Origin: a virus | Lineage: Duplodnaviria > Caudoviricetes | Virus record (IMG/VR): IMGVR_UViG_3300033067_002266 | Span: 1-54,260 of that record | Reading direction: 5' to 3' (one strand) | Length of the DNA stretch: 54,260 nt | Shown: positions 9,890 to 19,336 of the stretch, piece after piece | Layout: each line of letters begins with the position of its first letter | Numbering within the stretch: the first letter of the stretch is position 1 | Program-made: the position numbers and the translations under genes | Notes under the pieces: generated by a model | The model's input: the letters and a program-made list of their open reading frames with translations, nothing else | Told to the model about the DNA's origin: nothing | The model's database searches: none

Positions 9890-10437
9890 CAGATTGACAC
9901 CAAATTGGCGGTTAGAATGACGGACGGCGTTGCTGGGCGCGTCGGGGTGATCGCTGCCGCGTAGGACGGCATGGACACCAGAAGACTGTCTGCGTGCCAG
10001 AATATCTCGAAGTAATCGTTACGGTTCATGTCTAGAAAGAAGTTCCAGGAAGGAACACAATGCCCCGGCGTTCCACCATGCGAAGAAGGAACAGTGACAA
10101 TCGTGTTACTATTCGCGATAACTACGCCGTTCTTTTTGAACCAAATATCTACGTCGTTGTCGGCGATATTCGTATTCTGAAGTTGCGCACTGAACTGAAA
10201 ATTGTATACCCCTTCGGCAGACACCACAATGCGCGAATTGCTTTGGACAGCGACACCTTTGCTTAGGCTAGTACTACTGAAGGTAACCGCGTATTCCGCT
10301 GTTGTGGAGGCGATGCTTTGCGTGGTAGTATCGTAGAAAGAACCATGAACAATAGGAAACGGCCCCCGGTCGGCAAGGTGAAAATGCAGCCGCGTGTCAC
10401 CACCGCCGAGGAGTTCATTTTCTGACCGCTGATCCAT
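9889..10437 (-). CDS. virion protein with a C1q/TNF-like (BclA-CTD-like) jelly-roll domain
   Basis: Start reassigned to the ATG at 10437 (TAATG overlap), giving 182 aa. Pattern GSFYDTTTQ...GVYNFQFSAQL...WFKKNG...DYFEIFW. Confidence 0.6.
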   Translation of the reverse strand: MDQRSENELLGGGDTRLHFHLADRGPFPIVHGSFYDTTTQSIASTTAEYAVTFSSTSLSKGVAVQSNSRIVVSAEGVYNFQFSAQLQNTNIADNDVDIWFKKNGVVIANSNTIVTVPSSHGGTPGHCVPSWNFFLDMNRNDYFEIFWHADSLLVSMPSYAAAITPTRPATPSVILTANLVSI

Positions 10438-10943
10438 TATTTTATCCGATCCAGGATGGCTTGCTGCGAATTCCGGGAGCCTTGACTGGAACCAAAGTAG
10501 AATCCAACAATGGAGGACCAAGCCGTGCCGAGGGAACCTAGCATCACGAGCAACGGCTCGGACGGCTTAATGTCTTCCAAGAGCATGGTGATAAGGATTC
10601 CGAAGAAGCCAGAAGTGACCACCATCGCAAGGATACCCGGAATTCCGGACCCGACGGAGATTTGCATATCACGCGCCGATTTACGATCTGAAGCGTCCAA
10701 TTCTTCACGGCGAACTCCAAGTTCTTCGAGCTTGAGGGTCAGTTCTTGTTCAGCCTTTTTTACAGCGAGGAGTTGATCGCCGGACAGTTGTTGGGACTTG
10801 AAGGCTTCCGTCAGCTTCGCCTTGGTTGGTTCGCTGATTCCTAGAGCGTCTCCGAGAGCAGATACCGCCATCCCCGCAAATGGACCAGCGAGCAACGTAG
10901 CCGCCGTCGGTGCCAGTTTCTCGACCATCGTTATCAGGTTCAT
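10437..10943 (-). CDS. putative holin (GTA 3TM-holin-like)
   Basis: 168 aa. LAPTAATLL N-terminus, DRKSARDMQ, two hydrophobic helices and FYFGSSQGS; next to the endolysin. Confidence 0.65.
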   Translation of the reverse strand: MNLITMVEKLAPTAATLLAGPFAGMAVSALGDALGISEPTKAKLTEAFKSQQLSGDQLLAVKKAEQELTLKLEELGVRREELDASDRKSARDMQISVGSGIPGILAMVVTSGFFGILITMLLEDIKPSEPLLVMLGSLGTAWSSIVGFYFGSSQGSRNSQQAILDRIK

Positions 10944-11347
10944 GGTAAAAAAGTCCTCTTTTTGGACGCCGGTGCACGGTCAGTCAAATGGCACCAACCT
11001 TTTGTGGCTAGTGGGGCTTCGCGGTATAGATCATGCTTTGTTAGGATAGCGTCCGTGATCCAGTTGTCCAAAGCGTTCCGCGGATCGTAAATATCGATTC
11101 CGCGCCCGACCTTGTGGCTTGAGGATACCGCCCCCTGCGTGCAGCATTGCGGCCGGAATCCGCCGTAAGTAATGCCCGCCACGTGGGTTTTCGTTTGCGG
11201 GTTAATGGTGAGATCCACTCCGGCTTCGAAGGCTTCGTTCAGAAGATCATTAACCGGAACCAGAAGCACGGAAGCGTGGTGCAGTACTTCGTCCGTTGCA
11301 TCGGGATGGTGCCGCCAAGGACCGAAGTAGTCATCCAGGAGGATCAT
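10940..11347 (-). CDS. endolysin, peptidase M15 family (Zn peptidase)
   Basis: 135 aa with the M15 signature GGFRP...SSHKVGRGIDI...WCHL (SxH-x6-D...H). Confidence 0.75.
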   Translation of the reverse strand: MILLDDYFGPWRHHPDATDEVLHHASVLLVPVNDLLNEAFEAGVDLTINPQTKTHVAGITYGGFRPQCCTQGAVSSSHKVGRGIDIYDPRNALDNWITDAILTKHDLYREAPLATKGWCHLTDRAPASKKRTFLP

Positions 11348-11832
11348 TTCATTTTCTCCACGACCTTGCGAACATCTTCTTCCGTGTTGATTTTGTCGGA
11401 AGCACTATGGACGCGAGATTCGGACATCACTTTCATCATCTCGTCTACTTGCGCGTTGATGCGGTAGCCAACCACGGTCCAAAGAACAGAGACGGCAATG
11501 CAAAAACCGGTCGTGATCCAAACATATTTGGAATACCCTTTATGTTCAGTCTCGTTGTTCTTTTCATGCTCACAGAACTCTTTTTGCAACGCTTCCACGT
11601 CTTTGAACGCGCGCCCCAAGGCTTCTCCTTGGTGGTTATGGTTCGTCTCCAATACGGCAAGGCGATTCAATTGGCGGGTATTCTCGTCCACCACGGCGGT
11701 CAGTTTGGCCACATTATCGCTCAGGGTGCGTATCTCGACCCGTAGTTCTCCGAGGGGAACAGGCGGGTGATGATCTTCTACCCTACGATTGAACTGCGTA
11801 TCGACCGCCATTACGTTTTCCTTTGGGTTCAT
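11344..11832 (-). CDS. coiled-coil plus single-TM membrane protein (holin/antiholin-like)
   Basis: 162 aa, RLAVLE coiled coil followed by one TM helix; upstream of the endolysin. Confidence 0.55.
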   Translation of the reverse strand: MNPKENVMAVDTQFNRRVEDHHPPVPLGELRVEIRTLSDNVAKLTAVVDENTRQLNRLAVLETNHNHQGEALGRAFKDVEALQKEFCEHEKNNETEHKGYSKYVWITTGFCIAVSVLWTVVGYRINAQVDEMMKVMSESRVHSASDKINTEEDVRKVVEKMK

Positions 11833-12158
11833 TGTAAGATTAAGAGGACGTTGTGGGCCGCCACACCGCAGGTCACCGCGTTAGCCGATAGCGTCGTCTC
11901 GGGAGTGTCTACCTGGTCCAGCCACCACCAGATGCCCGCGCCGAAAGCGATCATCGGGAAGTACCCGTGGCTCAGCAGCGCGCGCATCAGCGGGTTGGCC
12001 TCGTGACCGATACCGGTGTGGATGATGTACGCGGTCGAGGCGATATCGACACCCTTGCACACCGCGAAGGTATCCGGTGACGTCGCCGCGTCGCTCAGCC
12101 AATCATCAGCACGAGCGGTCAGCGAGAGGCAGAGGAGAAGTCCGATAAGGAGGCGCAT
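11829..12158 (-). CDS. exported or membrane protein with an EANP motif (DUF5658-like)
   Basis: Start at the TAATG overlap at 12158. Signal peptide MRLLIGLLLCLSLTARA, motif D..ST...GHEANPLM, hydrophobic segments. Confidence 0.55.
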   Translation of the reverse strand: MRLLIGLLLCLSLTARADDWLSDAATSPDTFAVCKGVDIASTAYIIHTGIGHEANPLMRALLSHGYFPMIAFGAGIWWWLDQVDTPETTLSANAVTCGVAAHNVLLILQ

Positions 12159-12358
12159 TACCATCCGGCCATCAGTACATACTTGGCCGCGGCAGGACCG
12201 ATGTCAGCCTCAAATTCTGCCTTCTGCTCTTGAGGGTAGTTCCGGCATTCCGCATCCAGGCGGACAATCTCCCCATCGATTTCGATTGGAGTAAGCCATC
12301 GGGCTTCGAGGGTGTTTGATTGCGTGTCGTGCGTAACCTGAGCGAGATAGCGGGACAT
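12158..12358 (-). CDS. small protein after the tail fibre (possible fibre assembly chaperone)
   Basis: 66 aa, AGGAG RBS, directly downstream of the fibre gene. Confidence 0.5.
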   Translation of the reverse strand: MSRYLAQVTHDTQSNTLEARWLTPIEIDGEIVRLDAECRNYPQEQKAEFEADIGPAAAKYVLMAGW

Positions 12359-12367
12359 GATTTCTCC

Positions 12368-14785
12368 TTAAGAAGCGGAACCCTTGATGACTGCAAAGTT
12401 GAATACCGGCTGCTCCGTTGTCGTGCCGCCTGTGGTGTAGAAGGTGACCTGAAAACTGCCCGCGGCAACGGCCGTCACAAGTACAACGTACTTGTCGGTA
12501 CCGGATTTCTGCGACACCGCGACCACATCGGTTGCAGCAACAGCGCTGTTCGTGACGGTGAAAGATTGGGGGGTTGCTGAACCGGCCGCAGAGACAAGCG
12601 TGATGGCTCCGGTGACCTTGTTGAGGGTGACGCCTGTCGTTCTTGACGTTGCCTGAGTGACCGTGCCGCCTGCGCCTGTGGTGTAGCCAATTCCAGCCGT
12701 TGCGCCAGACGATAGGATTGATGAGGTTCCGCTTAGCGTTCCCGTGATCGTCGCCCCGGTCGTACTGAGCGTAGCAATCGTCGTTCCGCCAGACTCGTTG
12801 TAATTGAACTTTAGGTTGTTTGAACCGTCTCGCTCAATGTTGTATTTAGCACTTCCGTTGTCCCGGAAAAGCAGGAAAGAACTTGCCCCGGCTGAGGTGT
12901 TATTCGCAATCAGAGACCCGCTGTTAGACGTTAATGTTCCATTGACGCCAAGCGTTCCAGAGACAGAGGCGTTCGTGTTCGCGGTCAGCAGTGATCCGGT
13001 CCAGACCCCGACAGCGGTGTTGTTGATGCCGAAGGTGAGCGGACCAGAGCCGGCAGAGCCAAGCAGCATCCCGCCGGCTGCCTGAACATCAGCCAAGGCG
13101 TAAGCCTGGTCTGCGGTGTACATCGTTCCTACAGGGGTGAGGCTCGCCGAAGAAATCCCGAAACTGGCGGCGTGGTTGCTACCAAGGTCGTTTACCGCGC
13201 GCCACCGGGCTTGAGCAGTGGTCCCGGCTGTCGTGTTCGTGATCTGGTTGATCAGGACGCCGGTCGAGCCCTTCGCGGTAGTGATTACATCGGTTGTCGT
13301 AAGCGTTCCGGTGATCGTCGAGTTCCCCGTAATCGCCGCGCCACCCGACGAAACGGTAAGAGCACCAGCTGAAGTTACCGCACCGCCTTTCGAAACACTG
13401 AATTTACTGCTACCACCGACTTGAAGATCGGCGAGCAAAGAAGCCGCCGCACTCGCGGTATCCGTAACATTTAGTTTCCATCCAGAGAAAGTAACTGCTC
13501 CGGAGTTCCACGTTTGGGTCGAATTGACCACAGGGGTGGAAGCCGTTACACTGCCTCCAGTGACGGTCAGTGCGGCGCTGGTTCCAGTAAGCGTCAGAGG
13601 TCCGGTTACTTGGTTGTCTCCAGTATCAAAGTGCGCGACTTCAGCGCCGTTGGCGGTTAGCCCGACCCCGTGAGTCGAATACTTGAATACCCCGGTATTG
13701 GTCTTCGAACTGAAATTCAGCGCCGGAGAAGCGGCTGAACCGTCGATCAGTGAAACCGAAGTGGAGGCCGAGACAGACTGCGCGGAATACACGTTCGTGC
13801 TATCACAAATCGCGATGATCCGCTGGGTCTGAGGAACGACTGTTCCGGTGCCTGCCGCCGTCTTCACCGTAATGTTTTGCGCCGTACTGATAGAACTGAG
13901 TAGGTAATATACCGCCACGGTGTTCGGGACAACCACGGTCACCGCCGAAGCGGGATTACCGGTGAATGCCAACAATTTATTCGCCGCTTGGCTCGAAGAC
14001 AGCGTGAAAGTTCCCGCCGCTGAAACATCCAAAACAAGCTGCGTGAAATTGAACACTACGGAACGTCCGTAGCCGACGGAGTACCAAGCTGTGCCTGAAC
14101 AGAAGAGAAGGAGGGACTCTCCCGGTTGCACGTCGAGCGTAGCGGAGCCGTCGATGGTTTCCGCACCATTCGGGTCAATTGCGAGCGTTCCTGTTCCGGA
14201 GTTGCGTACCAGCGTGAAGAAGTTGTCTCCGAGGGTTGCCGCTGCGGTCAAAGCCAACGTCCCGGAACCCCCGGTATAGTTCACCATCTTTGCGCGGTAG
14301 GTCGCGTCCAGCGTAAAACCTGAAGCTGAACCGACCACCGGGTGCGCTTGATTCAGCGACGATCCAGAAGCAATAATTCCATAACCAACTAGCGTTGCGG
14401 CGTCTATCACCGAGGTCCCAACCCCGTAGGAGATGGTACCGTAGGTTCCATTTACTACGGCATTGTTGGTTAGGTAAAAGAAGGTTGCCGCGCCTGCCGC
14501 GACGGTAGCCACGGTGCTACCGTTCGGGTTTTGGAATTCAACAGAATTCGATCCAACGTTGCGAACCAGGAACTCTTCCCCGGTGCTAACTTGGGTTGCG
14601 TCAGGGAGCGTCAGGATAAGAGAAGCCACCGAAGCAGTAAGATCGATGATCTTTGAGATCGCGGTGCCACCCGTGGTATTGTATGGCCACACAAGCGTAG
14701 TCGAAGCTGCGATGGTCAGGGCTTGGTATCCGTACTCTGCTGGCGGTATGATGTCCCCGCCGAAAACCTTCGTATATGTGGTCAT
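12368..14785 (-). CDS. tail fibre protein
   Basis: 805 aa, rich in S/T/G/A beta strands. Contains fibre motifs DGSAASPALNFSS..NTG and IDPNGAETIDG, and a C-terminal VTQATSRTTGVTLN domain. Confidence 0.8.
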   Translation of the reverse strand: MTTYTKVFGGDIIPPAEYGYQALTIAASTTLVWPYNTTGGTAISKIIDLTASVASLILTLPDATQVSTGEEFLVRNVGSNSVEFQNPNGSTVATVAAGAATFFYLTNNAVVNGTYGTISYGVGTSVIDAATLVGYGIIASGSSLNQAHPVVGSASGFTLDATYRAKMVNYTGGSGTLALTAAATLGDNFFTLVRNSGTGTLAIDPNGAETIDGSATLDVQPGESLLLFCSGTAWYSVGYGRSVVFNFTQLVLDVSAAGTFTLSSSQAANKLLAFTGNPASAVTVVVPNTVAVYYLLSSISTAQNITVKTAAGTGTVVPQTQRIIAICDSTNVYSAQSVSASTSVSLIDGSAASPALNFSSKTNTGVFKYSTHGVGLTANGAEVAHFDTGDNQVTGPLTLTGTSAALTVTGGSVTASTPVVNSTQTWNSGAVTFSGWKLNVTDTASAAASLLADLQVGGSSKFSVSKGGAVTSAGALTVSSGGAAITGNSTITGTLTTTDVITTAKGSTGVLINQITNTTAGTTAQARWRAVNDLGSNHAASFGISSASLTPVGTMYTADQAYALADVQAAGGMLLGSAGSGPLTFGINNTAVGVWTGSLLTANTNASVSGTLGVNGTLTSNSGSLIANNTSAGASSFLLFRDNGSAKYNIERDGSNNLKFNYNESGGTTIATLSTTGATITGTLSGTSSILSSGATAGIGYTTGAGGTVTQATSRTTGVTLNKVTGAITLVSAAGSATPQSFTVTNSAVAATDVVAVSQKSGTDKYVVLVTAVAAGSFQVTFYTTGGTTTEQPVFNFAVIKGSAS

Positions 14786-14786
14786 A

Positions 14787-15413
14787 CTAACTCCTCACCG
14801 CTGCGGCATCAGGACGCAGCCGACGTTCGTCTTCTTTCATAAGCATCATCAAGCCGCGATCATACAATCCTTGAAACTCGGCAATACGCTCTGGCAATTT
14901 CAAGAACGGTTGCGCTTCCAGCAACGTGGCGTACAACAATATCTGCGGAGCATACTGCGTTGTCCAGGACGTCTGGTTTTCTTCGCTCAACGGCTCCGGG
15001 CGTTCGTGGTACTGAATTTCCACAGGATAGACTGCCGCTGGCACCGGAGCAATGAACCAGTGTTCATAATCCTCGTCGCTATAATAGCGCGGAACCCCGG
15101 TAGCATTAGTCGGATTGAATGCGCGGCAGTATTGGTATGAACGTGACTGCAGGAAGACGATGGATCCCGATGCAGTGATAGAGAAACTCTTGGTCTCGCG
15201 CCAACGGTTCGGCTTCGGCAAATTTGCGCTCTCCAAGGTAGTCGTTACCACCTGTAGAAACCCGAGACCGTGAGCTTCGGAAGCGATACGGTTTTCAGCC
15301 AAAGCAATGAAGCTCGGTATTTGCGCCACGAATGGATCATCGCTTCTTTCCGCGTAGCTTTGGATGTCTTCGACCAGACTATTGTACGTCATGGTGGCCG
15401 GTGCAGTGCTCAT
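14787..15413 (-). CDS. head-tail adaptor protein
   Basis: 208 aa. MTYNSLVEDIQSY..R, FIALAENRI, P.P...Y and LLYATLLEA.PFLK are typical adaptor motifs. Confidence 0.65.
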   Translation of the reverse strand: MSTAPATMTYNSLVEDIQSYAERSDDPFVAQIPSFIALAENRIASEAHGLGFLQVVTTTLESANLPKPNRWRETKSFSITASGSIVFLQSRSYQYCRAFNPTNATGVPRYYSDEDYEHWFIAPVPAAVYPVEIQYHERPEPLSEENQTSWTTQYAPQILLYATLLEAQPFLKLPERIAEFQGLYDRGLMMLMKEDERRLRPDAAAVRS

Positions 15414-15641
15414 TTAAGCCTCCAAGGGTTCATCGGGCAACGGACGCTGCACCGTGATATCTTCCGGCTTACGCGCGGGGAGCCGCCACGGATCATAGAT
15501 ATCGCAGCATTCTTTATGGACCATCAACCCATTATTTGGATCTTTCACCCGCTCCCCGGCGTACATCTTTGCCTGGCAACGTTGGCAGACGGCGACGGCC
15601 ATGGAACCACCGACATTCTTAATCGGCAGAAACAGACTCAT
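15414..15641 (-). CDS. small conserved Cys-rich morphogenesis protein
   Basis: 75 aa, CQRC...GLMVHKECCD..DP...RP pattern; translationally coupled on both sides. Confidence 0.65.
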   Translation of the reverse strand: MSLFLPIKNVGGSMAVAVCQRCQAKMYAGERVKDPNNGLMVHKECCDIYDPWRLPARKPEDITVQRPLPDEPLEA

Positions 15642-16621
15642 CGTGTGTACCCCGAAATCTTCGGCGCAATATAGAGCGGTGCGCCGTCGGATTCTTCGTT
15701 TTCGGCTTCTAGGCGGTTCTTCGCAGACATTTGAACCACGGTCGGGATAACGGCTGGATCTACGTCTTCAATCTCGAAACACAACAATTCGGCGAGTTGC
15801 CAGGTGATCGAATTGAACCAGCGATTCGGTATTTCTAGTTCTTGGATCAGTGTTCCTACATCTTGAACTTGCCGATGCAAGAACATTGTCAGATGACACG
15901 TATCTACGTCTGGAACAGGCCACAGGGTAACTTGGGGACGCAGCAACTTCTCGTAGTAGTAGTTGGTGCTCGGGTGACCTTGTTTCTGTTTATCGTTGAT
16001 CAGTGACCAGGTGTCGCGATTCCATTGAACCACGGGAAGATCGTAGATTCGGTTGGCGAGGTAGAAATCACTAACTGTTGCGGAGAGCGCGAACTCGGCT
16101 TTGAAATACTGCGCGGTCACCGAAGGGTCGGCAGTGAACCAGTAATACGTTCCAGCTACCCAGCTGTCACTCTGTACCGAGCGAATGGTCGTCCAAGTAA
16201 CCCCGTCCGGCGAGGAACTGATGGTAAGCGTGTCACCGGCGGAAACAAACGAGCAACGTACCCCAAACCGCACCACGTTGGTCGCACTACCGAGATCGGT
16301 AGAAATCCCGGCTCCAGTGCTCGAATCCGTCCCGGTTACCCGAAACGGTGTAGAGAACACAAGATTGAGTAGATCGATGGTTCCAACCGGCGTCTGGTAG
16401 ATTGCCGAACCGTTCCTGAGCCCGACGTACGCCGATTCTACTGCCCACAAATTCAGGCCGAGGTTGCCTGAAGAAACCAGAATCAGATATAGCGCGTTTT
16501 TGGCGATCTGTATCTTTTCCGGAGTTTGCTTCGACGGATGAACACGGCAGCGGCGAAATGCCGTCTCAATAACGGTCGCCGTGTCGAAAACGGTCTGGCC
16601 TACAGTACCAGAGGTCGCCAT
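15638..16621 (-). CDS. head-tail connector / tail tubular protein
   Basis: 327 aa. MATSGT start, GLNLW, G.P..YYY and LWPVPD motifs. Confidence 0.65.
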   Translation of the reverse strand: MATSGTVGQTVFDTATVIETAFRRCRVHPSKQTPEKIQIAKNALYLILVSSGNLGLNLWAVESAYVGLRNGSAIYQTPVGTIDLLNLVFSTPFRVTGTDSSTGAGISTDLGSATNVVRFGVRCSFVSAGDTLTISSSPDGVTWTTIRSVQSDSWVAGTYYWFTADPSVTAQYFKAEFALSATVSDFYLANRIYDLPVVQWNRDTWSLINDKQKQGHPSTNYYYEKLLRPQVTLWPVPDVDTCHLTMFLHRQVQDVGTLIQELEIPNRWFNSITWQLAELLCFEIEDVDPAVIPTVVQMSAKNRLEAENEESDGAPLYIAPKISGYTR

Positions 16622-16630
16622 GATGACCCC

Positions 16631-16906
16631 TTATGTATAGAGAACGTTTACGGTCCCTGCGGCAACTACGAGGAAAAGCCCCGCTTTCGCTGCAATCCCA
16701 AGTCCGCCGAAATGGACGACATCCCCAACAGTTAATGACTTGGTATAAAGAATGGTACCGCCCGTGCTTGTTCCATCATAGACCGTAACAGCGCCACCTG
16801 TAATGGTGGAAACGATCCCGTACAAGCCGGCAGGCCCGGTTTTGATCTGAACCCCAGCAGTGACGCCGGAGTTGTAGTAACTTAGCTTTGGTGCAATCAT
16901 AGACAT
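16631..16906 (-). CDS. small virion beta-sandwich protein
   Basis: 91 aa, AGGAG RBS, lies between the capsid and neck genes. Confidence 0.6.
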   Translation of the reverse strand: MSMIAPKLSYYNSGVTAGVQIKTGPAGLYGIVSTITGGAVTVYDGTSTGGTILYTKSLTVGDVVHFGGLGIAAKAGLFLVVAAGTVNVLYT

Positions 16907-16933
16907 ATTCAGGCTCCTTATTGGAAGTCATAA

Positions 16934-16951
16934 GGGGAGGCGAACCTCCCC
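16934..16951 (-). terminator. UUCG hairpin (weak terminator or stabilizer)
   Basis: Minus strand reads GGGGAGG-TTCG-CCTCCCC followed by a poor U-tract, right after the 249-aa gene. Confidence 0.5.
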
Positions 16952-16957
16952 GGATGA

Positions 16958-17707
16958 TTACGCCTGAGTTACGCCGAAAGCGCCAATACGGGTGGCTGTC
17001 GGACCGCTGGCAATCGCCGGAACTGCGATGGTCAAGACCATACGCTTGGTACCGTTATTACCGCCAGAGAAACCCGCCGCCTTGATATAGCCGCGCACGT
17101 CCGTGGTGCTCGTGGTTGCCGGAGAGGTAGTATCTGCAACGCCGAAGTTGGTGGAGTTGATAGTCACCGCCGCACCATTGAACATAGCGGACTGGATGTA
17201 GCCAAGATCCGTAACACGAATCGGAAGACCGACGTCATCACCGGTACCGACAGCCAGGTTGTTAGTCCCCGCCGTGGCGTTGTTGTTTGTAACACTGACG
17301 ACGGACTTGAACATCTTAGTCGTCTTGACGGTACTGGTCGAAGGTGCCGCCAGCGTCTGACTCATCGGTTGACCGTATTGATCATAACCGCTAACCAAAT
17401 ACGTCGCGGTATTTGCTCCGGTCGCCGTAATGGAGACTGAGCGCGGAACGTCAAATTCGTAACGGGTAACGCCGTCTTGCGTACGTGCAGTAACGCCAGC
17501 TTGAAGGGCCGCCAAGGTGAAAGAAGCACCGGAACCCGGATTCTGCCCAGTAGCCAGACCAGCCGCCTGAAGAGTCAGCGGAGTGATATCGAGGATATAA
17601 ACACGCCCCATCGGACCAACACCGAGTTCCATCGGAGAGGGGCCAGAGGAGAGGGATCCACCGCCAGCATACGCGGGACCGAGATAGATATCGTCAGAGA
17701 TTTGCAT
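16958..17707 (-). CDS. putative capsid decoration / auxiliary virion protein
   Basis: 249 aa, T/G/A-rich, directly downstream of the major capsid gene. Confidence 0.55.
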   Translation of the reverse strand: MQISDDIYLGPAYAGGGSLSSGPSPMELGVGPMGRVYILDITPLTLQAAGLATGQNPGSGASFTLAALQAGVTARTQDGVTRYEFDVPRSVSITATGANTATYLVSGYDQYGQPMSQTLAAPSTSTVKTTKMFKSVVSVTNNNATAGTNNLAVGTGDDVGLPIRVTDLGYIQSAMFNGAAVTINSTNFGVADTTSPATTSTTDVRGYIKAAGFSGGNNGTKRMVLTIAVPAIASGPTATRIGAFGVTQA

Positions 17708-17743
17708 TTTGTTTCCTTTCCTGTGGCTTGAACCACTCGGGAG

Positions 17744-17767
17744 AAAAACCCTCCCCCGAAGGGGAGG
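17744..17767 (-). terminator. Rho-independent terminator after the major capsid gene
   Basis: Minus strand reads CCTCCCC-TTCG-GGGGAGG-GTTTTT. Confidence 0.75.
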
Positions 17768-17805
17768 TTAAAAGGCACCGTAGCGATGCCAGGAGGAGAG
17801 CCAAA

Positions 17806-18735
17806 TCAGGTACCAGGAGTACCGTAAATCGCACGCCAGTCAGTCCAGCCGGATCCGAGACGCATGGTACTCTTGTAGCGGACGGAGTCCGTTTCAAAGT
17901 CGCCTTCCATGGTCTTTTCGATCTTGCGACGCCACAGGTACTTGAGACCGTTCTGGGCATCGGTTTGGACGAACCAAGCCGTCGGAGAAGTGAGACGAGA
18001 CAGAACGATAGCATCCGACAGCGTTCCCTGCGACTTGACAGGGTTCAGGTCGTTGTTGTTCGTTCCAGCACGCAGCACGGACTTCAACAGCACTTCCGCC
18101 GTCAGCATGTTGCCGGGAGCGACAACGAGCTTCTTCGGGGTGAGACGGATCTTCTTTCCACGCGGATCGGCAGCGGTACGGATCTGGATCAGCATTTGTT
18201 CCAGCGACGTCTGCGACAACGCTGCCGAGGTCGTGAGAACGTTGCTGACGGCCGGATCGCCCGCCGAGAAGGTTTGTGCGCCGGTGTGGGCATTGGAACA
18301 CAGGATAACGCCATCGCCACCGGTATAACCGGAAGTGAAAGCGCGATTCAGGTGGTTTGCCCCGATCGTTTCCAGCGTCTCGACCATGGACTGCGCCAGA
18401 TGCTTGGAGAACGTCGAACCGATGCGGATGTGATCACCGTCTTCCACAAGGACTTTGGTCAGTGCAAAAGCGAGGCCGAAAACATCGTAGGTGTAACGCT
18501 TGACGAACAGCTGACCACCGGAGTCATAGGTGACCGGATTCGCATCCGGCAACAGCGGGGCAGCGCCCATGCCGTAAAGCATCGGCTCTTCGTGGTAGGC
18601 GCGGGCAATACCCGTTTCTTCCGTGAAGATTTGTTTGTATTCGTCGGCGCGTTGATCGTAGACACCATCGAAAGCCTGATTGAGAATCGGCTCGACGATG
18701 CTGCGAAAGTCTGAGGAACGCATTAGAGTAGCCAT
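17806..18735 (-). CDS. major capsid protein (Mu gpT-like, HK97 fold)
   Basis: 309 aa. Motifs GGDGV.L....H, PKKLVV.P, AWFVQTD and GDFETDSVRYK...R...GWTDWR.IYGTPG; strong RBS; followed by a terminator. Confidence 0.85.
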   Translation of the reverse strand: MATLMRSSDFRSIVEPILNQAFDGVYDQRADEYKQIFTEETGIARAYHEEPMLYGMGAAPLLPDANPVTYDSGGQLFVKRYTYDVFGLAFALTKVLVEDGDHIRIGSTFSKHLAQSMVETLETIGANHLNRAFTSGYTGGDGVILCSNAHTGAQTFSAGDPAVSNVLTTSAALSQTSLEQMLIQIRTAADPRGKKIRLTPKKLVVAPGNMLTAEVLLKSVLRAGTNNNDLNPVKSQGTLSDAIVLSRLTSPTAWFVQTDAQNGLKYLWRRKIEKTMEGDFETDSVRYKSTMRLGSGWTDWRAIYGTPGT

Positions 18736-18750
18736 TTTTCAGCCTCCCTT

Positions 18751-19323
18751 TTAGAGTGAATTCACTTCGGTCAAGATCTGGTTCTTCGCGATCTGGACAC
18801 GGAGGATGGGATAGCTGTCCGACCAGCTATTGTCAGTGTACGGAGCCAGTCCGAGGATGCGGAAGTTGCCGACAGCTGCAGCACCTTTACGCGTAGCGGA
18901 CATATAGGACCCGGACACGCCGGTATTGGCGTTTCCTGCGGCAATCACGATGTCGGCGGAATCACCAACGTCGGTAATTGCCCAAGTACCGGTAGCGGCT
19001 TGGATTTCGCATTCGGTCAGCGGATCGAACGGGGTGTAATACCATTCGATATTGGTTACGCCGGAGAGCGAAGCGGGCCAGTAAGGTGAGTAGATCAGTT
19101 TGCCGGTGGCGTCCGTATAACGGCAGCCTTCGAAAATACCGATCGCGGCGTCATTGGCGGCGATGATGGAAGCAAGGTCGGTGCCACTGGTAAGTTTGAT
19201 CAAGTCGCCCTTGTAGACAGCAGCCGAGGGAATGGCGGTGAATCCGGTCAAGACCTTCTGACGAATGACGCCGGAAGGATGCGAGACCGCACGCACGCCA
19301 AACGGAGAGGCAGTGGTGCTCAT
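18751..19323 (-). CDS. capsid cement / decoration protein
   Basis: 190 aa, PFG.R, YKGDL and GIFEGC.YTD..GK...SPYWP; immediately upstream of the capsid gene. Confidence 0.6.
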   Translation of the reverse strand: MSTTASPFGVRAVSHPSGVIRQKVLTGFTAIPSAAVYKGDLIKLTSGTDLASIIAANDAAIGIFEGCRYTDATGKLIYSPYWPASLSGVTNIEWYYTPFDPLTECEIQAATGTWAITDVGDSADIVIAAGNANTGVSGSYMSATRKGAAAVGNFRILGLAPYTDNSWSDSYPILRVQIAKNQILTEVNSL

Positions 19324-19336
19324 AGTTTATTCCTTT

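Noticed and set aside
16934-17767. Same ggggagg/cctcccc arms in two hairpins flanking the 249-aa gene, as invertible-segment ends
   Set aside because: The arms are only 7 bp, each pair forms its own UUCG hairpin, and no recombinase is present.
17728-18714. 328-aa plus-strand ORF antisense to the major capsid gene, and similar shadow ORFs (712-1191, 26728-27477, 33689-34369, 38741-39469, 42500-43165)
   Set aside because: No convincing RBS or recognisable motifs; expected from codon bias opposite real genes.
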